DNA from: Thermoproteus sp.
GTDB taxonomy: Archaea; Thermoproteota; Thermoprotei; Thermoproteales; Thermoproteaceae
DNA length: 64,000 nucleotides
Reading direction: 5' to 3'
Assembly: GCA_049976425.1 (NCBI GenBank)
Contig: JBMFIG010000005.1
Location: 22,644 to 86,643, forward strand
Below, piece by piece: positions 1 to 10,173 of this stretch; positions within the stretch are counted from its first letter, which is position 1, and each line of letters starts with the position of its first letter. The notes beneath the pieces were generated by a model. That model searched no databases. It was not told the origin of the DNA and was given only the letters and a program-made list of their open reading frames with translations. The translations under genes were made by a program, and so were the position numbers.

Positions 1-1230
1 CTGGAGTCGACCGGAGTGCCCGCCGCGTCTCTTAGGACGTCTGTGGAGGACGTCGCCAACGCAATGGCGTCTCTAGGTGTGTACGTGCTCCCGGTGGTGG
101 ATAAGGACGGGAGGCCTATCGGGGCCGTGACGGCTTGGGACATCCTCAGAGCGTATTTCGAGGGGCCTAAGGAGGGCAGAGAGGACGTGGAGCCCGAGAG
201 GCCTATATCTGAGGCCGTCGAGGCTAGGCCGAGGGAGGCCGCCGCGAAGCCCGTCAAGTTTGCGACCGGCGTCAGAGCCCGCGAGCTCGTGAGGACCGAC
301 ATACCTACCGTAGGCCTCCTGGACAGCGTATCGCACGTGAGGCGCGTGATGGTGAGGACGGGGGCCCCTGTCGTCGCTGTGGCGAACGAGGACGGAAATA
401 CTGTCGGATTCATCTCCAGGCGCGATCTGCTGTTCTACCTCGCCGAGAGGTCTCTGGGATATTGGAGAGTCCAGAAGGGGAAGAGGCTCGTGTTGAAGGA
501 GAGCGTGATGCCCGGCGAGCAGGCCAAGGTGTTGAGGGAGGAGGGGACGGCGTCCGAGCTCATGAAGGTGGACGTGCCGAAGCTCGCCGCCGACGCGTCG
601 GCTGAGGAGATCGCGTACGCCATGCTCTCGTCTGGATTGGACTACGTGCTCGTGGTGGGCGGATCGGGCGAGCCTCTGGGCATAGTGACTAGGGACGACT
701 TGGTCAAGGCCTACGCCGATAGGGGGAGGGAGGACGCCACGGTGGCCGAGCTGATGACGCCTGCCGACATAGCGGTCGTCAACCCCATGCACAGCATATC
801 TCACGTGGTGGAGGTAATGAAGAAATACGAGCTAGACGGCGTGTTGGTCGCCGAGGGCGGCGACATAAAGGGCGCCGTGGTCGACAACAAGCTGTCGTTG
901 ACGCCGATAGAGGAGAGCCTCAGAGGCGAACGCATCTTCGTGGTCACCAAGAGCGGGTCGAGGAGGGAGGGGTCGAGCAGGTTGAGGTACCCCAAGGCGG
1001 GCACGCTCACGGCGCTCGACATAGCCGACGACCCGCCGCCGTCGGTGCCGCCTACACTAAAGGCCAAGGAAGCCGCCAGACGGCTGTTGCAACACGGAGT
1101 GCTGGCCGTGCTCGACCAACAAGGTAAACTGATCGGCGTCTTGACGGGCTTCGACGTAGTGCGCGATCTGGCGAGGTCCTACGTTGCGTTTAAGTCGGAG
1201 ACGGCCAAGAAGGTGGAGGAGAAGGCGTAA
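1..1230 (+). CDS. Multi-CBS-domain protein (5' end probably outside the window)
   Basis: Repeated CBS motifs (LPVVDKDGRPIGAVTAWDIL, VGFISRRDLL, LGIVTRDDLV, LIGVLTGFDVV); frame is open from position 1. Confidence 0.85.
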   Translation: MESTGVPAASLRTSVEDVANAMASLGVYVLPVVDKDGRPIGAVTAWDILRAYFEGPKEGREDVEPERPISEAVEARPREAAAKPVKFATGVRARELVRTDIPTVGLLDSVSHVRRVMVRTGAPVVAVANEDGNTVGFISRRDLLFYLAERSLGYWRVQKGKRLVLKESVMPGEQAKVLREEGTASELMKVDVPKLAADASAEEIAYAMLSSGLDYVLVVGGSGEPLGIVTRDDLVKAYADRGREDATVAELMTPADIAVVNPMHSISHVVEVMKKYELDGVLVAEGGDIKGAVVDNKLSLTPIEESLRGERIFVVTKSGSRREGSSRLRYPKAGTLTALDIADDPPPSVPPTLKAKEAARRLLQHGVLAVLDQQGKLIGVLTGFDVVRDLARSYVAFKSETAKKVEEKA

Positions 1231-1562
1231 TGGACGTAAGGACGGTCGTAGAGCACAACGCATGGCATACGCCGGAGGGGGTATATCTAAGGCTTGTAGT
1301 GGTCAAGAGCTGTCCCGACGGCGAGGAGAGGCTGGTCGTCGAGGGCGCCGACCTGGTCCTATACACGTGCGAGGAGGTGCCTCTCAGGGACGTGGCGGCT
1401 GCCTATAGATTTTTCGAGAGGATTGGGCTGAGCGCCGAGCTGATATACGGAGAGTCGTCGAGGGTCAAGGTCTTTAGGGTGAGGGGCGACTACGAGAAGG
1501 TGGTGGCCGCGATAGCGGCGTCGGCGGTTGTGTCCGAGGCGCCCAGTTGGGCCCAGTCTTGA
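1230..1562 (+). CDS. Hypothetical protein, 110 aa
   Basis: ATG overlaps the stop of the CBS gene (TAATG); genome-typical codon usage. Confidence 0.7.
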   Translation: MDVRTVVEHNAWHTPEGVYLRLVVVKSCPDGEERLVVEGADLVLYTCEEVPLRDVAAAYRFFERIGLSAELIYGESSRVKVFRVRGDYEKVVAAIAASAVVSEAPSWAQS

Positions 1563-1610
1563 CGCGCAGTAGCGGTAGCAAAGTATATTAACGGGGGATA
1601 ACCCCCCTTT

Positions 1611-2036
1611 GTGTCTGCCGGCGAGCAGCCAACCACGGAGGCCAAGCCCCAGAAGTTGCGCTGGGGCATAGCTTGGATATACTCCAGCAGCAATAACACG
1701 ATCATAACCATAACGGATCTGACGGGGGCCGAGACGGTGGCAAGAGTCAGCGGAGGCCAGGTGGTCAAGGCCGACAAGGACAAGCCATCTCCCTGGGCCG
1801 CGATGCAAGCGGCCTACAAGGCGGCCCAGCTGGCTCTGGCGAGAGGCATCAATGCGGTGCACATAAAGGTGAGGGGGCCCGGCGGATACGGCATGAAGGT
1901 GCCTGGGCCCGGCGCGAGCGCGGCCATAAGGGCTTTAGCCAGAGCCGGTCTAGTGATCGGCAGGATAGAGGACGTGACGCCAATACCGCACGACACTATA
2001 AGGCCTCCGCATGGCCGTAAGGGCAGAAGGGTCTAA
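1611..2036 (+). CDS. rps11p: 30S ribosomal protein S11 (uS11)
   Basis: [18 protein letters not shown] and [26 protein letters not shown] motifs. Confidence 0.97.
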   Translation: MSAGEQPTTEAKPQKLRWGIAWIYSSSNNTIITITDLTGAETVARVSGGQVVKADKDKPSPWAAMQAAYKAAQLALARGINAVHIKVRGPGGYGMKVPGPGASAAIRALARAGLVIGRIEDVTPIPHDTIRPPHGRKGRRV

Positions 2037-2331
2037 GAAAGCCGATTGCCTAATACTCGAGGTGGACTACTCGCGGGATAGGCCGAACGATTGGACCAAG
2101 CAAGTCTTGAGGTATGCCAGGATCCGTTCGCGGAAGCTCGTGGTCTTGGCCAGAGGCGGCTCCGCCTCTGCGTTTCTCGCCGATTTAAGAGCTCTGTCGG
2201 CCGATAATATGGACTTCCCGGTGCGTATGTACAACGACATAAGCGTGGAGGAGGCGGCCGCTATGGAGAAGTGCTCGACCTACGAGGTGCGGAGCCTCGG
2301 CGATATAATTAATTTAGCCGCGGGCAGATAG
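2011..2331 (+). CDS. Hypothetical protein, 106 aa
   Basis: ORF overlapping the 3' end of rps11; plausible alpha/beta composition. Confidence 0.6.
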   Translation: MAVRAEGSKKADCLILEVDYSRDRPNDWTKQVLRYARIRSRKLVVLARGGSASAFLADLRALSADNMDFPVRMYNDISVEEAAAMEKCSTYEVRSLGDIINLAAGR

Positions 2332-2337
2332 GCTCTG

Positions 2338-2387
2338 GTGATGACAAGGCATTAGGGGCGCCATATCGCCGACGCTGGAACTGCTGA
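2338..2387 (+). ncRNA. Candidate C/D box sRNA
   Basis: GTGATGA (C box) at 2338 and CTGA (D box) at 2384, 50 nt span, filling a convergent intergenic gap; internal D'/C' boxes are degenerate. Confidence 0.55.
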
Positions 2388-2390
2388 GGC

Positions 2391-3425
2391 TCACCGCTCG
2401 GCGGCGCGGATCTGTCTCAGCTTCTGCAACATATAGGGCACGTAGTAGTCCTCTAAGATCCTCGCCTTCAGCTCCTCGACGCCCGAGCACGTCTTGGCGG
2501 AGATCCTCATGCGGATCTCCCCGAACAGCTCCTCGGCTTTCTTTATATCGTCGTCACTAGCTAAATCTATTTTATTTATAACTGCTATAATAGGTATATT
2601 AAAATTATTTTTAATACTATTAAAAATATTTATCTGAGTAGAGAGATCGAAGCCGCCGTAATGGGTAGGATCTACCAAGAACACCACGACCTTGGCTAGG
2701 TATCTCAAGGCCAGCACGGCCTGTAGCTCTATCTTGTTCATCTCGTCGAAGGGCCTGTCCAGCAAGCCCGGCGTATCGATTACCTGAATTCTATCTCCTC
2801 TGACGAATATATGGCCCACGTGGATCTGTCTCGTGGTGAACGGGTATTCGGCTACCTTGGGCTTCGCTGTCGAGAGGCAACCCACCAAGCTACTCTTGCC
2901 CACGTTGGGGGCGCCCGCCACCACGACTGTGAATAGATCTGGGTCCACGTCGGGCAGTCTCCTCAGAAAAGCCGCGGCGGATCTGGCGATCTCCAGCTCG
3001 GGCGCCAAGTCCTCTATCAAGTCGACCGCCCTCGCTATGTAGGCCTTCCTGATCCGGTATATCTGTTCCTTTGAGTACGCGGTTCTCAGAGCCATAAGCG
3101 CCTCTCTGGAGATCGACTTGACGGCCGCGGCCGCATTGCCTATCTTGCCCAACGCGTGTTTGTACCTTGCGATCCCCACCCCCAGCTCCAGGAGCTCCTT
3201 ATAGAACGGGTGTAGGTCGTTGACGAAGGGCATAGAGACGGCCATCTCCCTAAGGGCGTCGGCCAGCCCCTTCGCCGATTTCTTGATCCTCACCGCCTCG
3301 AGCCGCCTCAACCTCTCCAGGCCCGGCTCTGTCGAGGGGCTCTTAGCCTCCGCGGATTTATACACTCCGAAGAAGTAACTCTTCAGCTCCTCCGGCGAAT
3401 ATATGTACGGCGTGTTGAAACGCAC
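2391..3425 (-). CDS. NOG1-family GTP-binding protein
   Basis: G1 GAPNVGKSS, G2 YPFTT, G3 DTPGLLDRP, G4 NKID; helical N-terminal domain. Confidence 0.92.
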   Translation of the reverse strand: MRFNTPYIYSPEELKSYFFGVYKSAEAKSPSTEPGLERLRRLEAVRIKKSAKGLADALREMAVSMPFVNDLHPFYKELLELGVGIARYKHALGKIGNAAAAVKSISREALMALRTAYSKEQIYRIRKAYIARAVDLIEDLAPELEIARSAAAFLRRLPDVDPDLFTVVVAGAPNVGKSSLVGCLSTAKPKVAEYPFTTRQIHVGHIFVRGDRIQVIDTPGLLDRPFDEMNKIELQAVLALRYLAKVVVFLVDPTHYGGFDLSTQINIFNSIKNNFNIPIIAVINKIDLASDDDIKKAEELFGEIRMRISAKTCSGVEELKARILEDYYVPYMLQKLRQIRAAER

Positions 3426-3449
3426 GGATCTACACGGTCCCTATATAAA

Positions 3450-3497
3450 TCAGCATGCGTCCACTCTTCACAGATCAGCGTAGCTCAGCGTCGTCAC
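3450..3497 (-). ncRNA. C/D box sRNA; D' guide complementary to tRNA D-arm
   Basis: Minus strand: GTGACGA-cgctgagctacg-CTGA-tct-GTGAAGA-gtggacgcatg-CTGA (C, D', C', D boxes). Confidence 0.85.
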
Positions 3498-3527
3498 GTA
3501 GGGGACGATCCATATCCTTATAAATCA

Positions 3528-4583
3528 TCAACTACGGCCGGCTCTAAAGCCTATGCCGTTGACCGAGATAATCGCAGGCCTTCCGTCCTTTAGCGAGAAC
3601 TTAACCGGCAGAAACCTCTCTATTATGTAGGCGTTGGTCCTCGAATGGGATGTGATCTCGGACACAGACGCCTCGCTGGGCCCTTCGGCCAGGGCCATGT
3701 AGAGCATGATCATGTCGCCCATGTGGGCGTCCAAGGCGGCGCCCGACGAGATCTCCCTCAAGAGCTTCTCGGCGGCCTCTCTGCCGACCGCCTCCGCAGG
3801 CTTTCCTCTCTCGCCCAGCGCGTCGGCTCCCAACACCAAGCCTCTGTCCGTCTCAGCCCACAGAACCACGCCAGAGCCGGGCCCTAGACCGTCCTGTCGA
3901 TGCTCCACGGCGATCTCCACGGGCACGCCCAGCCCCCTTAAGGCCTCCTCGGCGGCCTTAGCTTGTCTCTCTGCCACGTGGCGCGGCAGATTCACCGCGT
4001 GGGAGATCCCGGCGATCCTCCTTATATCTCCCCTCTCCCTCCACGACACAGGCGCGAGCCGCTCCACCGGCTCTACGGACAACTCGACGAGCCCGCCTCC
4101 CTTCGGGTAGTGCCCCCTCCTTATTAGGTTGAGGGAGGCCCTTACGCCCATAAGGGCCAGAAGCTTGAACATGACGTTGGCCAAATAGTCCACAGGAGGG
4201 GCCATGGGAACGTCGGTGCCCCCTCTTATGGTAATCTTGGATCTACACCGAGAGAACGCCAAAACGGGCAACACGGTCTGTACGACGAGGCCGACGCTCC
4301 CCGCTGTCCCTATATCGAAGGAGAACTCGCCGCATTTGCGGCTACGCGGAGAGAACACGAGCCTGGTGGATCCTATCTCGGCTCCGGCGACTTCGGCGTC
4401 TGTCAACGCGGCGGCCGCCCTCACTGCTGTCAGGTGTTGATGTTGCAGGCCCGGGTTGCGCCTCTTGGCTCTTATGTTATATATCTCGACGGGCCTCAGG
4501 AGCAGGCTGGATAGCGCCAGAGACGTCCTCAAGATCTGTCCTCCCCCCTCTCCGTAGGATCCGTCTATGGTAACCGCCTGCAC
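3528..4583 (-). CDS. rtcA: RNA 3'-terminal phosphate cyclase
   Basis: [48 protein letters not shown]. Confidence 0.96.
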   Translation of the reverse strand: MQAVTIDGSYGEGGGQILRTSLALSSLLLRPVEIYNIRAKRRNPGLQHQHLTAVRAAAALTDAEVAGAEIGSTRLVFSPRSRKCGEFSFDIGTAGSVGLVVQTVLPVLAFSRCRSKITIRGGTDVPMAPPVDYLANVMFKLLALMGVRASLNLIRRGHYPKGGGLVELSVEPVERLAPVSWRERGDIRRIAGISHAVNLPRHVAERQAKAAEEALRGLGVPVEIAVEHRQDGLGPGSGVVLWAETDRGLVLGADALGERGKPAEAVGREAAEKLLREISSGAALDAHMGDMIMLYMALAEGPSEASVSEITSHSRTNAYIIERFLPVKFSLKDGRPAIISVNGIGFRAGRS

Positions 4584-4624
4584 GCTGTTAAATCAACGTT
4601 AAAATAAACTGATTAGGCGCATCA

Positions 4625-6016
4625 GTGGCGCTCCAAGCGCTTGTATCGCCGGGCTCTGTGGCGGTGATTGGGGCCTCGGCAAAGCCTAGGACCATAGGCT
4701 ATACAATCTCGGCGCAGTTGATCAAGAGATTTAGGGGAAGGGTCTACCTAGTAAATCCGAACTACGGCGAGGGGGTGATAGAGGGAAGAACCGTGAAGTT
4801 CTACAGATCGGTCCTGGAGATAGAGGACGAGGTGGATATGGCTGTAGTGGCCGTGCCGGCGAAGGCCGTGCCGGGGGTGTTGGAGGAGGCCGGACGTAAG
4901 GGGGTCAAGGTCGCCGTAATAGTCAGCGGCGGCTTCGCGGAGGCGGGCAACGCCGAGCTGGAGGCCGAGGTCGCGCGCGTAGCTAGCGCATATGGGGTGC
5001 GCGTCCTGGGCCCCAACTGCGTCGGCGTCTACAACGCCGAGGTTGGACTGGACACGATGTTCCTGCCTGAGGAGAAGGCCGCAAGGCCTGCGGGAGGGCC
5101 CATCGCCTTTATAAGCCAGAGCGGCGCCGTCATGACGGCCGTCTTGGATTGGGCGGCCGCGGAGGGTATCGGCATAGGTTTAGCAGTCAACGTGGGCAAT
5201 AGGGCCGACATAGGCGAGGGGGAGATCCTAGAGCTCTTGAGGAGGCTCGACTACGTGAAGGTCGCGGCGTTGTACATCGAGGGGTTCAGGAGACGTAGGG
5301 AGGTCGAGGAGTTCTTAAGATCCGCTAAGGCGTTCTCCAGAGATAAGCCTGTCCTAGTTTACAAGGCGGGCCGCGGCGCGGATTCGGCGAGGGCCGCTAG
5401 GTCGCACACGGCGGCTTTAGCGGGCAACTACGAGTACTATAAGGCACTGTTCAGACAGGCGGGGGCTATCGAGGCGGAGGATCTACTGGATCTCTTCGAC
5501 ATGGCGCAAGCGCTGGCCCTCCTGCCTCTGCCGAAGGGGCCGAACGTGCTCGTCGTGACGTCGTCGGGCGGCATAGGCGTGCAGGCGACCGACTTCTTGC
5601 TCGAGCAGGGGCTCAAAGTGCCGAAGACGCCGCAAGCCCTCGAGGAAGAGCTCAGGCGAGTCCTCCCGCCTCTGGCCTCTTTGGGGAACCCCATAGATCT
5701 CACAGGCGGCGCGACCAACGAGGACTTCGCCAACGCGCTGGAACGCGCGCTTGATCATTTCGACATGGCGCTGGTCGCGGCCTTGATACATCCCCCCGGC
5801 CTCGACGAGAGGCTGGCCGACTACATAATAGAATCGAAGCGTCGGGGGAAGCCCGTCGTAGCAGTAAGCATCGGCAACTCGCCCGCCGTGAAGGAGCTCG
5901 AGAGGCGGCTCAAGGGCAAGATCCCCGTATACAACTCGCCTAGGAGAGCCGCGCGGGCTCTATGGGCCTTGTATAGGTACTCAGAGATAAAACGCGGTAG
6001 GTCTACGCCTACATGA
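4625..6016 (+). CDS. acdA: ADP-forming acyl-CoA (acetate-CoA) ligase, alpha subunit
   Basis: SVAVIGAS CoA-binding fold, RVLGPNCVG, FISQSGA, SHTAALAG phospho-His motif, NPIDLTG. Confidence 0.88.
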   Translation: MALQALVSPGSVAVIGASAKPRTIGYTISAQLIKRFRGRVYLVNPNYGEGVIEGRTVKFYRSVLEIEDEVDMAVVAVPAKAVPGVLEEAGRKGVKVAVIVSGGFAEAGNAELEAEVARVASAYGVRVLGPNCVGVYNAEVGLDTMFLPEEKAARPAGGPIAFISQSGAVMTAVLDWAAAEGIGIGLAVNVGNRADIGEGEILELLRRLDYVKVAALYIEGFRRRREVEEFLRSAKAFSRDKPVLVYKAGRGADSARAARSHTAALAGNYEYYKALFRQAGAIEAEDLLDLFDMAQALALLPLPKGPNVLVVTSSGGIGVQATDFLLEQGLKVPKTPQALEEELRRVLPPLASLGNPIDLTGGATNEDFANALERALDHFDMALVAALIHPPGLDERLADYIIESKRRGKPVVAVSIGNSPAVKELERRLKGKIPVYNSPRRAARALWALYRYSEIKRGRSTPT

Positions 6017-6789
6017 TAGCCCTCCTAACAGACTTCGGGACCAAGGACTACTTCGTTGCCGAGATGAAGGCCGTAATACTCTCCATAAATAAGGACGAGA
6101 TCGTAGTCGACATAACCCACGAGATACCGCCACAAGACATACGTTCAGGCGCCTTCGTGTTGTGGAGGGCCTACAAGTGGTTCCCAAAGGGCACCATCTT
6201 CGTCGCCGTGGTGGATCCCGGCGTCGGCACGGCGCGTGCGCCCATCTTGTTGAAGACAAGGAACTACTTCTTCGTGGGGCCTGACAACGGCTTGCTGAGC
6301 CTCGCCGCTGAGGAGGACGGGGTGGAGGAGGCGTATAAGATAACTGCACAGCTGCCGTCGACCTCAAGCACCTTCCACGGACGCGATGTGTTCGCCTATA
6401 CGGCGGCGCTCCTATCCAAGGGCGTGCCCCCGAGCTATCTCGGCGTGAGGATAGCCGACTATGTAAGGCTTGAGAGGCCCGAGGCCGTGAAGGACGGCGG
6501 GGTCTTGAGGGGTCAATTAATATATATTGATAGGTTTGGAAATGTATTTACATCTATAGATGAAAAACTTGTAAAGGAGATCGCGGAGTTCGGCGACCGC
6601 CTGTGCGTGAAAATCTCTGGGAGGGTGTACGAGATGAGGTTCTTGAGATCCTACGGGTATTCAGAGGTCGGCGAGCCCATCCTCCTAATAAATAGCGAGG
6701 GGTTTCTCGAGATAGCGGTGAACAGAGGCAACGCCGCCGAGAAGCTCGGCCTTAAAGTAGGCGAGCGGGTAGATATCTACAAGTGCTGA
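6013..6789 (+). CDS. SAM hydroxide adenosyltransferase (DUF62, chlorinase/fluorinase family)
   Basis: LLTDFGTKD, VVDPGVGT, FVGPDNG, STFHGRDVF, IDRFGNV. Confidence 0.93.
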   Translation: MIALLTDFGTKDYFVAEMKAVILSINKDEIVVDITHEIPPQDIRSGAFVLWRAYKWFPKGTIFVAVVDPGVGTARAPILLKTRNYFFVGPDNGLLSLAAEEDGVEEAYKITAQLPSTSSTFHGRDVFAYTAALLSKGVPPSYLGVRIADYVRLERPEAVKDGGVLRGQLIYIDRFGNVFTSIDEKLVKEIAEFGDRLCVKISGRVYEMRFLRSYGYSEVGEPILLINSEGFLEIAVNRGNAAEKLGLKVGERVDIYKC

Positions 6790-6968
6790 AGCGCCTCTTT
6801 CACAGCTTGGCAGATATGGTCCGGAGAGACGCCGTCTTTCAACATCTGTATGACCAACAAGCCTAACACCGTCGGGTAGTCCGAACGCAAGCCCACTGCC
6901 ACGTACTCCTTGCCCGAGACAACCGCCTTCAGCTTGACCGAGCCGCCTGCGCTCTCCACCGAGATCAT
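6777..6968 (-). CDS. Small hypothetical protein, 63 aa
   Basis: ATG ORF with an upstream TATA-like element, filling the gap. Confidence 0.6.
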   Translation of the reverse strand: MISVESAGGSVKLKAVVSGKEYVAVGLRSDYPTVLGLLVIQMLKDGVSPDHICQAVKEALQHL

Positions 6969-7015
6969 GGGGGCTGTCTGGAGCTAGCTATATAACAATT
7001 GGAGGGCGGAGGCCG

Positions 7016-7675
7016 CTAGATCGCAGAAATTATCGACAGCAACAACTGCACGGCGTCCTGCGCGTTGTCCGCTATGCGGTCCGCGCTATATATCAGCGAT
7101 ATTATATGGTTGAACTCCACTGCAGATAGGCTGAGCTTGTATACCTCGTCCAGTATGTATTCTTTCACCTCGTCCACCTCCTCCTCAAGCGTGCTGACCA
7201 TCCTCGCATATCTGCTACAGAACTCCAAGTCCCTGGTCTTCTCAAGCATAGCGCCGACGTACTCAATTATCGTCTTGTCGAGGTCCAGCATCTCCCTAAA
7301 CTTGCCCTCAACTATCTTTCTAATATTATCGTTTTTCCATACGATATATCCCCGTCTTATTTCTTTTGATATATAATAAAGATTATCCAGTATATTATCT
7401 ATTCTATCGAGCAATAACTCCGCGTTGCCTATGACGCTGGGGACCAAGGCCCCCTTGGATATGTTGTCGTCTAACCGCCTGATGATCTCGTCGCCTTCCC
7501 GCTCTATGGCGGCTATCTTCCTGACGACCTCGTCTAGATAGTCCTCGGTTAGATCGGGCTTAGCTATCACTTGCTGTATTAGCTCCAGGGCTTGAAGCGA
7601 ATAGCCTACGTGCGCCTTCAAGCGATCTATCATGGCGTCCCATCCCGAGGTGAACCAACGCCTTAGAATACTCAC
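7016..7675 (-). CDS. DUF47 / PhoU-like helical protein
   Basis: IEREGDEI, LEEEVDEV and ADRIADNAQDA acidic repeats. Confidence 0.85.
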   Translation of the reverse strand: MSILRRWFTSGWDAMIDRLKAHVGYSLQALELIQQVIAKPDLTEDYLDEVVRKIAAIEREGDEIIRRLDDNISKGALVPSVIGNAELLLDRIDNILDNLYYISKEIRRGYIVWKNDNIRKIVEGKFREMLDLDKTIIEYVGAMLEKTRDLEFCSRYARMVSTLEEEVDEVKEYILDEVYKLSLSAVEFNHIISLIYSADRIADNAQDAVQLLLSIISAI

Positions 7676-7743
7676 ATAGCCCGGTACAAAGCCGGTTAAA
7701 AAGTGTGGGGATAAGTTTCTATAGATGGTCGTGTCGATCTCTC

Positions 7744-8874
7744 GTGAAGGAGGCTGTCCTCTACAAGCCTCTGGCCGACGGCCGCGTGATCTGTACGGCG
7801 TGCGCCAGGTACTGCAAGATCCCTAAAGGCTATTGGGGTTTCTGCGGCGTTAGGTCCAACGTGGGGGGCAAGCTGTATCTATCGGTATACGGCCTCATCT
7901 CAGCTATAGCCGTCGATCCCATCGAGAAGAAGCCCCTCACGCATTTCTATCCAGGCGCCATGGTGCTTTCTCTGTCGACGTTCGGTTGTAACTGGGCTTG
8001 TCAATATTGCCAAAACTTCGACCTAAGCCAGAGGAGGAGGGTCGAGGGATTCGAAGTTGCGCCGGAGAAAGTGGTGGAGCTCGCCGAGACTTACGGGGCT
8101 CACGGGATCACCTATACCTACAACGAACCCACTATATTCATAGAATACGCGCACGACATAGGCGTGCTCGCGCGCAAGAGAGGCCTCTTCAACACGTTTG
8201 TCACAAACGGCTTCATGACGCCGGAGGCCGTTGAGTACGCCTCGGAGTTCTTGGACGCCGCCACGGTCGACTTTAAGGGCAACGGCAATAGAAAGTTCCT
8301 AGCCAGATTCTCCATGGTGCCCGACGTGGAGCCGATATACCAGACGTTGGAGGAGATGAAGAGGAGGGGCATCTGGGTAGAGATAACGGATCTTGTCGTG
8401 CCCAAGTACGGCGACAGCTTGGAGGACGCAAGGAACATGGTGAGGCGCATAATCGACATACTGGGGCCCGAGGTACCGATACACTTCCTCCGCTTCCACC
8501 CCGACTACAGAATGTTGGACGTGCCCCCCACTCCGGTAGAGATCCTAGAGAGACATGTGGAGCTGGCGAAATCCGAGGGGATGAAGTACGTGTACGTGGG
8601 CAACGTGCCGGGGCACAAGTACGAGCACACCTACTGTCCGGAGTGCGGGAGGCCTGTCATCAAGAGGTACGGCTTCGATATAGTTGAGATCAACTTAGTG
8701 GAGCGGGGCGGAGAGTACCGGTGTAAGTTCTGCGGCGCCAAGATAAACATAGCGGGCAGGATCTTGCCTACGTGGAGGCTCGAGAGCCGCTTCGCCTACG
8801 TGCCCATAAACCTAGTGGCCAGATACGTGAAGCGGACCGACGCGCCGGCTCCCCAGAGCGGGCCTAATATTTAA
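7744..8874 (+). CDS. AmmeMemoRadiSam-type radical SAM enzyme (PFL-activating-like)
   Basis: CTACARYC, DPIEKKPLTHFYPG, GCNWACQYCQN (CxxxCxxC), YTYNEP, YVYVGNV, TYCPECG; GTG start at 7744 preferred over 7705. Confidence 0.88.
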   Translation: MKEAVLYKPLADGRVICTACARYCKIPKGYWGFCGVRSNVGGKLYLSVYGLISAIAVDPIEKKPLTHFYPGAMVLSLSTFGCNWACQYCQNFDLSQRRRVEGFEVAPEKVVELAETYGAHGITYTYNEPTIFIEYAHDIGVLARKRGLFNTFVTNGFMTPEAVEYASEFLDAATVDFKGNGNRKFLARFSMVPDVEPIYQTLEEMKRRGIWVEITDLVVPKYGDSLEDARNMVRRIIDILGPEVPIHFLRFHPDYRMLDVPPTPVEILERHVELAKSEGMKYVYVGNVPGHKYEHTYCPECGRPVIKRYGFDIVEINLVERGGEYRCKFCGAKINIAGRILPTWRLESRFAYVPINLVARYVKRTDAPAPQSGPNI

Positions 8875-8896
8875 AAGACGGCACTGAGATGGGGCC

Positions 8897-9511
8897 ATGT
8901 CTGAGGAGTACGGCATCGGCGCCACGGCTGTCGGCATAAGGGCCAAGGATGGCGTCGTCCTTGCGGCGGAGAAGCGCATAACTTACGGCTTCTACTCTCT
9001 AAGCTCGTCGGGCAAGAAAGTGTACGTAGTGAACGACAGGATGGCGTTGGCCTCCGCCGGAGTGATCGCCGATATGCAGACGATAGCGAAGATATTGAGA
9101 GTAAACGCCAAGATGTACGAGCTCGAGTCTAGGAGAAAGCCGAGCATCGCCGCCATGGCGAAACTGCTGTCGGTCATCATGTTCAACAGGAGGATCATGC
9201 CGTTTATAGCCGAGGTGTTGGTGGGGGGTTACGACGAGGAGGGTCCCCACGTCTTCGTCCTCGATCCCGTGGGTAGCTTGATAGAGGACGACTACGCGGC
9301 TCTGGGGACTGGGGCCAAGATGGCCATAAGCATCCTGGACGCCAACTACAGCAAGGACGTCGATGTGTCTGGGGCCAGGAAACTGGCCATAAACGCAATA
9401 AGGGCCGCGTTGGAGAGAGATCCCGTCTCGGGCGGCGGGATAGATCTAGTGACGGTGACCGCCAATGGCGTTAGCGAGGAGGAGATAAAGGTATCCACCA
9501 TCGTAGGCTAA
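8897..9511 (+). CDS. psmB: Proteasome beta subunit (probably non-catalytic paralog)
   Basis: [38 protein letters not shown]; G-A-T instead of G-T-T at the processing site. Confidence 0.92.
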   Translation: MSEEYGIGATAVGIRAKDGVVLAAEKRITYGFYSLSSSGKKVYVVNDRMALASAGVIADMQTIAKILRVNAKMYELESRRKPSIAAMAKLLSVIMFNRRIMPFIAEVLVGGYDEEGPHVFVLDPVGSLIEDDYAALGTGAKMAISILDANYSKDVDVSGARKLAINAIRAALERDPVSGGGIDLVTVTANGVSEEEIKVSTIVG

Positions 9512-10173
9512 CAGCTGGCTTCGCCCCACTTGTCGAAGGCCGTAGTTACGGCTCTCCTCTTAAGTTCGTTGGCCTTATTGTGGGCCAAGAGTATTGGTAG
9601 CGGCATGGAGCTGTCTGCGCATAGCTCCTTCACGACCTTGACGGCGTCGTCCAAGGTGATCCTATTGCCTATCGAGACGTAGAGGGGCTTTCGGCACCTC
9701 ACCACCGCGCCTATCACCTTCCCGTTGCGGGGATCGACCAGTCTATCGCCCACCACATCTCCGAATAGTCTGGATTTCGCGACCCCTATGGTGGGCACCC
9801 CCAGAACAACCCCAAGATGCGCCGCTATCCCTAGACCGTATGGATGCGCTATCCCTTGCCCGTCCACCATAACCACGTCGTAGCCGATCGCCAACCTCCT
9901 CAGAGCTCTGACCATCGGCATGAGCTCTCTGAACGACAAGAGAGTCGGCACGTAGGGGAATACCACCCTATTTACGGAACAGCTGTAGCCCACAGCCCTG
10001 CCCTCGCGGACGGAGTATGCGGCGGCCACCGAGACGCCAAGATCCCCTCTATAGGCTACGTCGAGCCCTACCACTACGTCGAACTCGCCAAGCGGCTCCT
10101 CTACGACCTTCTCGGCTAGCCTGCTTTGGACCCTCCTCGCTAGATCTATTCTAAACCCTTCTGGAACCTTCAC
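9508..10173 (-). CDS. nfi: Endonuclease V
   Basis: [33 protein letters not shown]. Confidence 0.95.
   Translation of the reverse strand: MKVPEGFRIDLARRVQSRLAEKVVEEPLGEFDVVVGLDVAYRGDLGVSVAAAYSVREGRAVGYSCSVNRVVFPYVPTLLSFRELMPMVRALRRLAIGYDVVMVDGQGIAHPYGLGIAAHLGVVLGVPTIGVAKSRLFGDVVGDRLVDPRNGKVIGAVVRCRKPLYVSIGNRITLDDAVKVVKELCADSSMPLPILLAHNKANELKRRAVTTAFDKWGEASC

Noticed and set aside
73-804. 243-aa minus-strand ORF and many similar antisense ORFs across the window
   Set aside because: Fully overlap well-supported genes and have His/Arg/Ser-rich shadow composition
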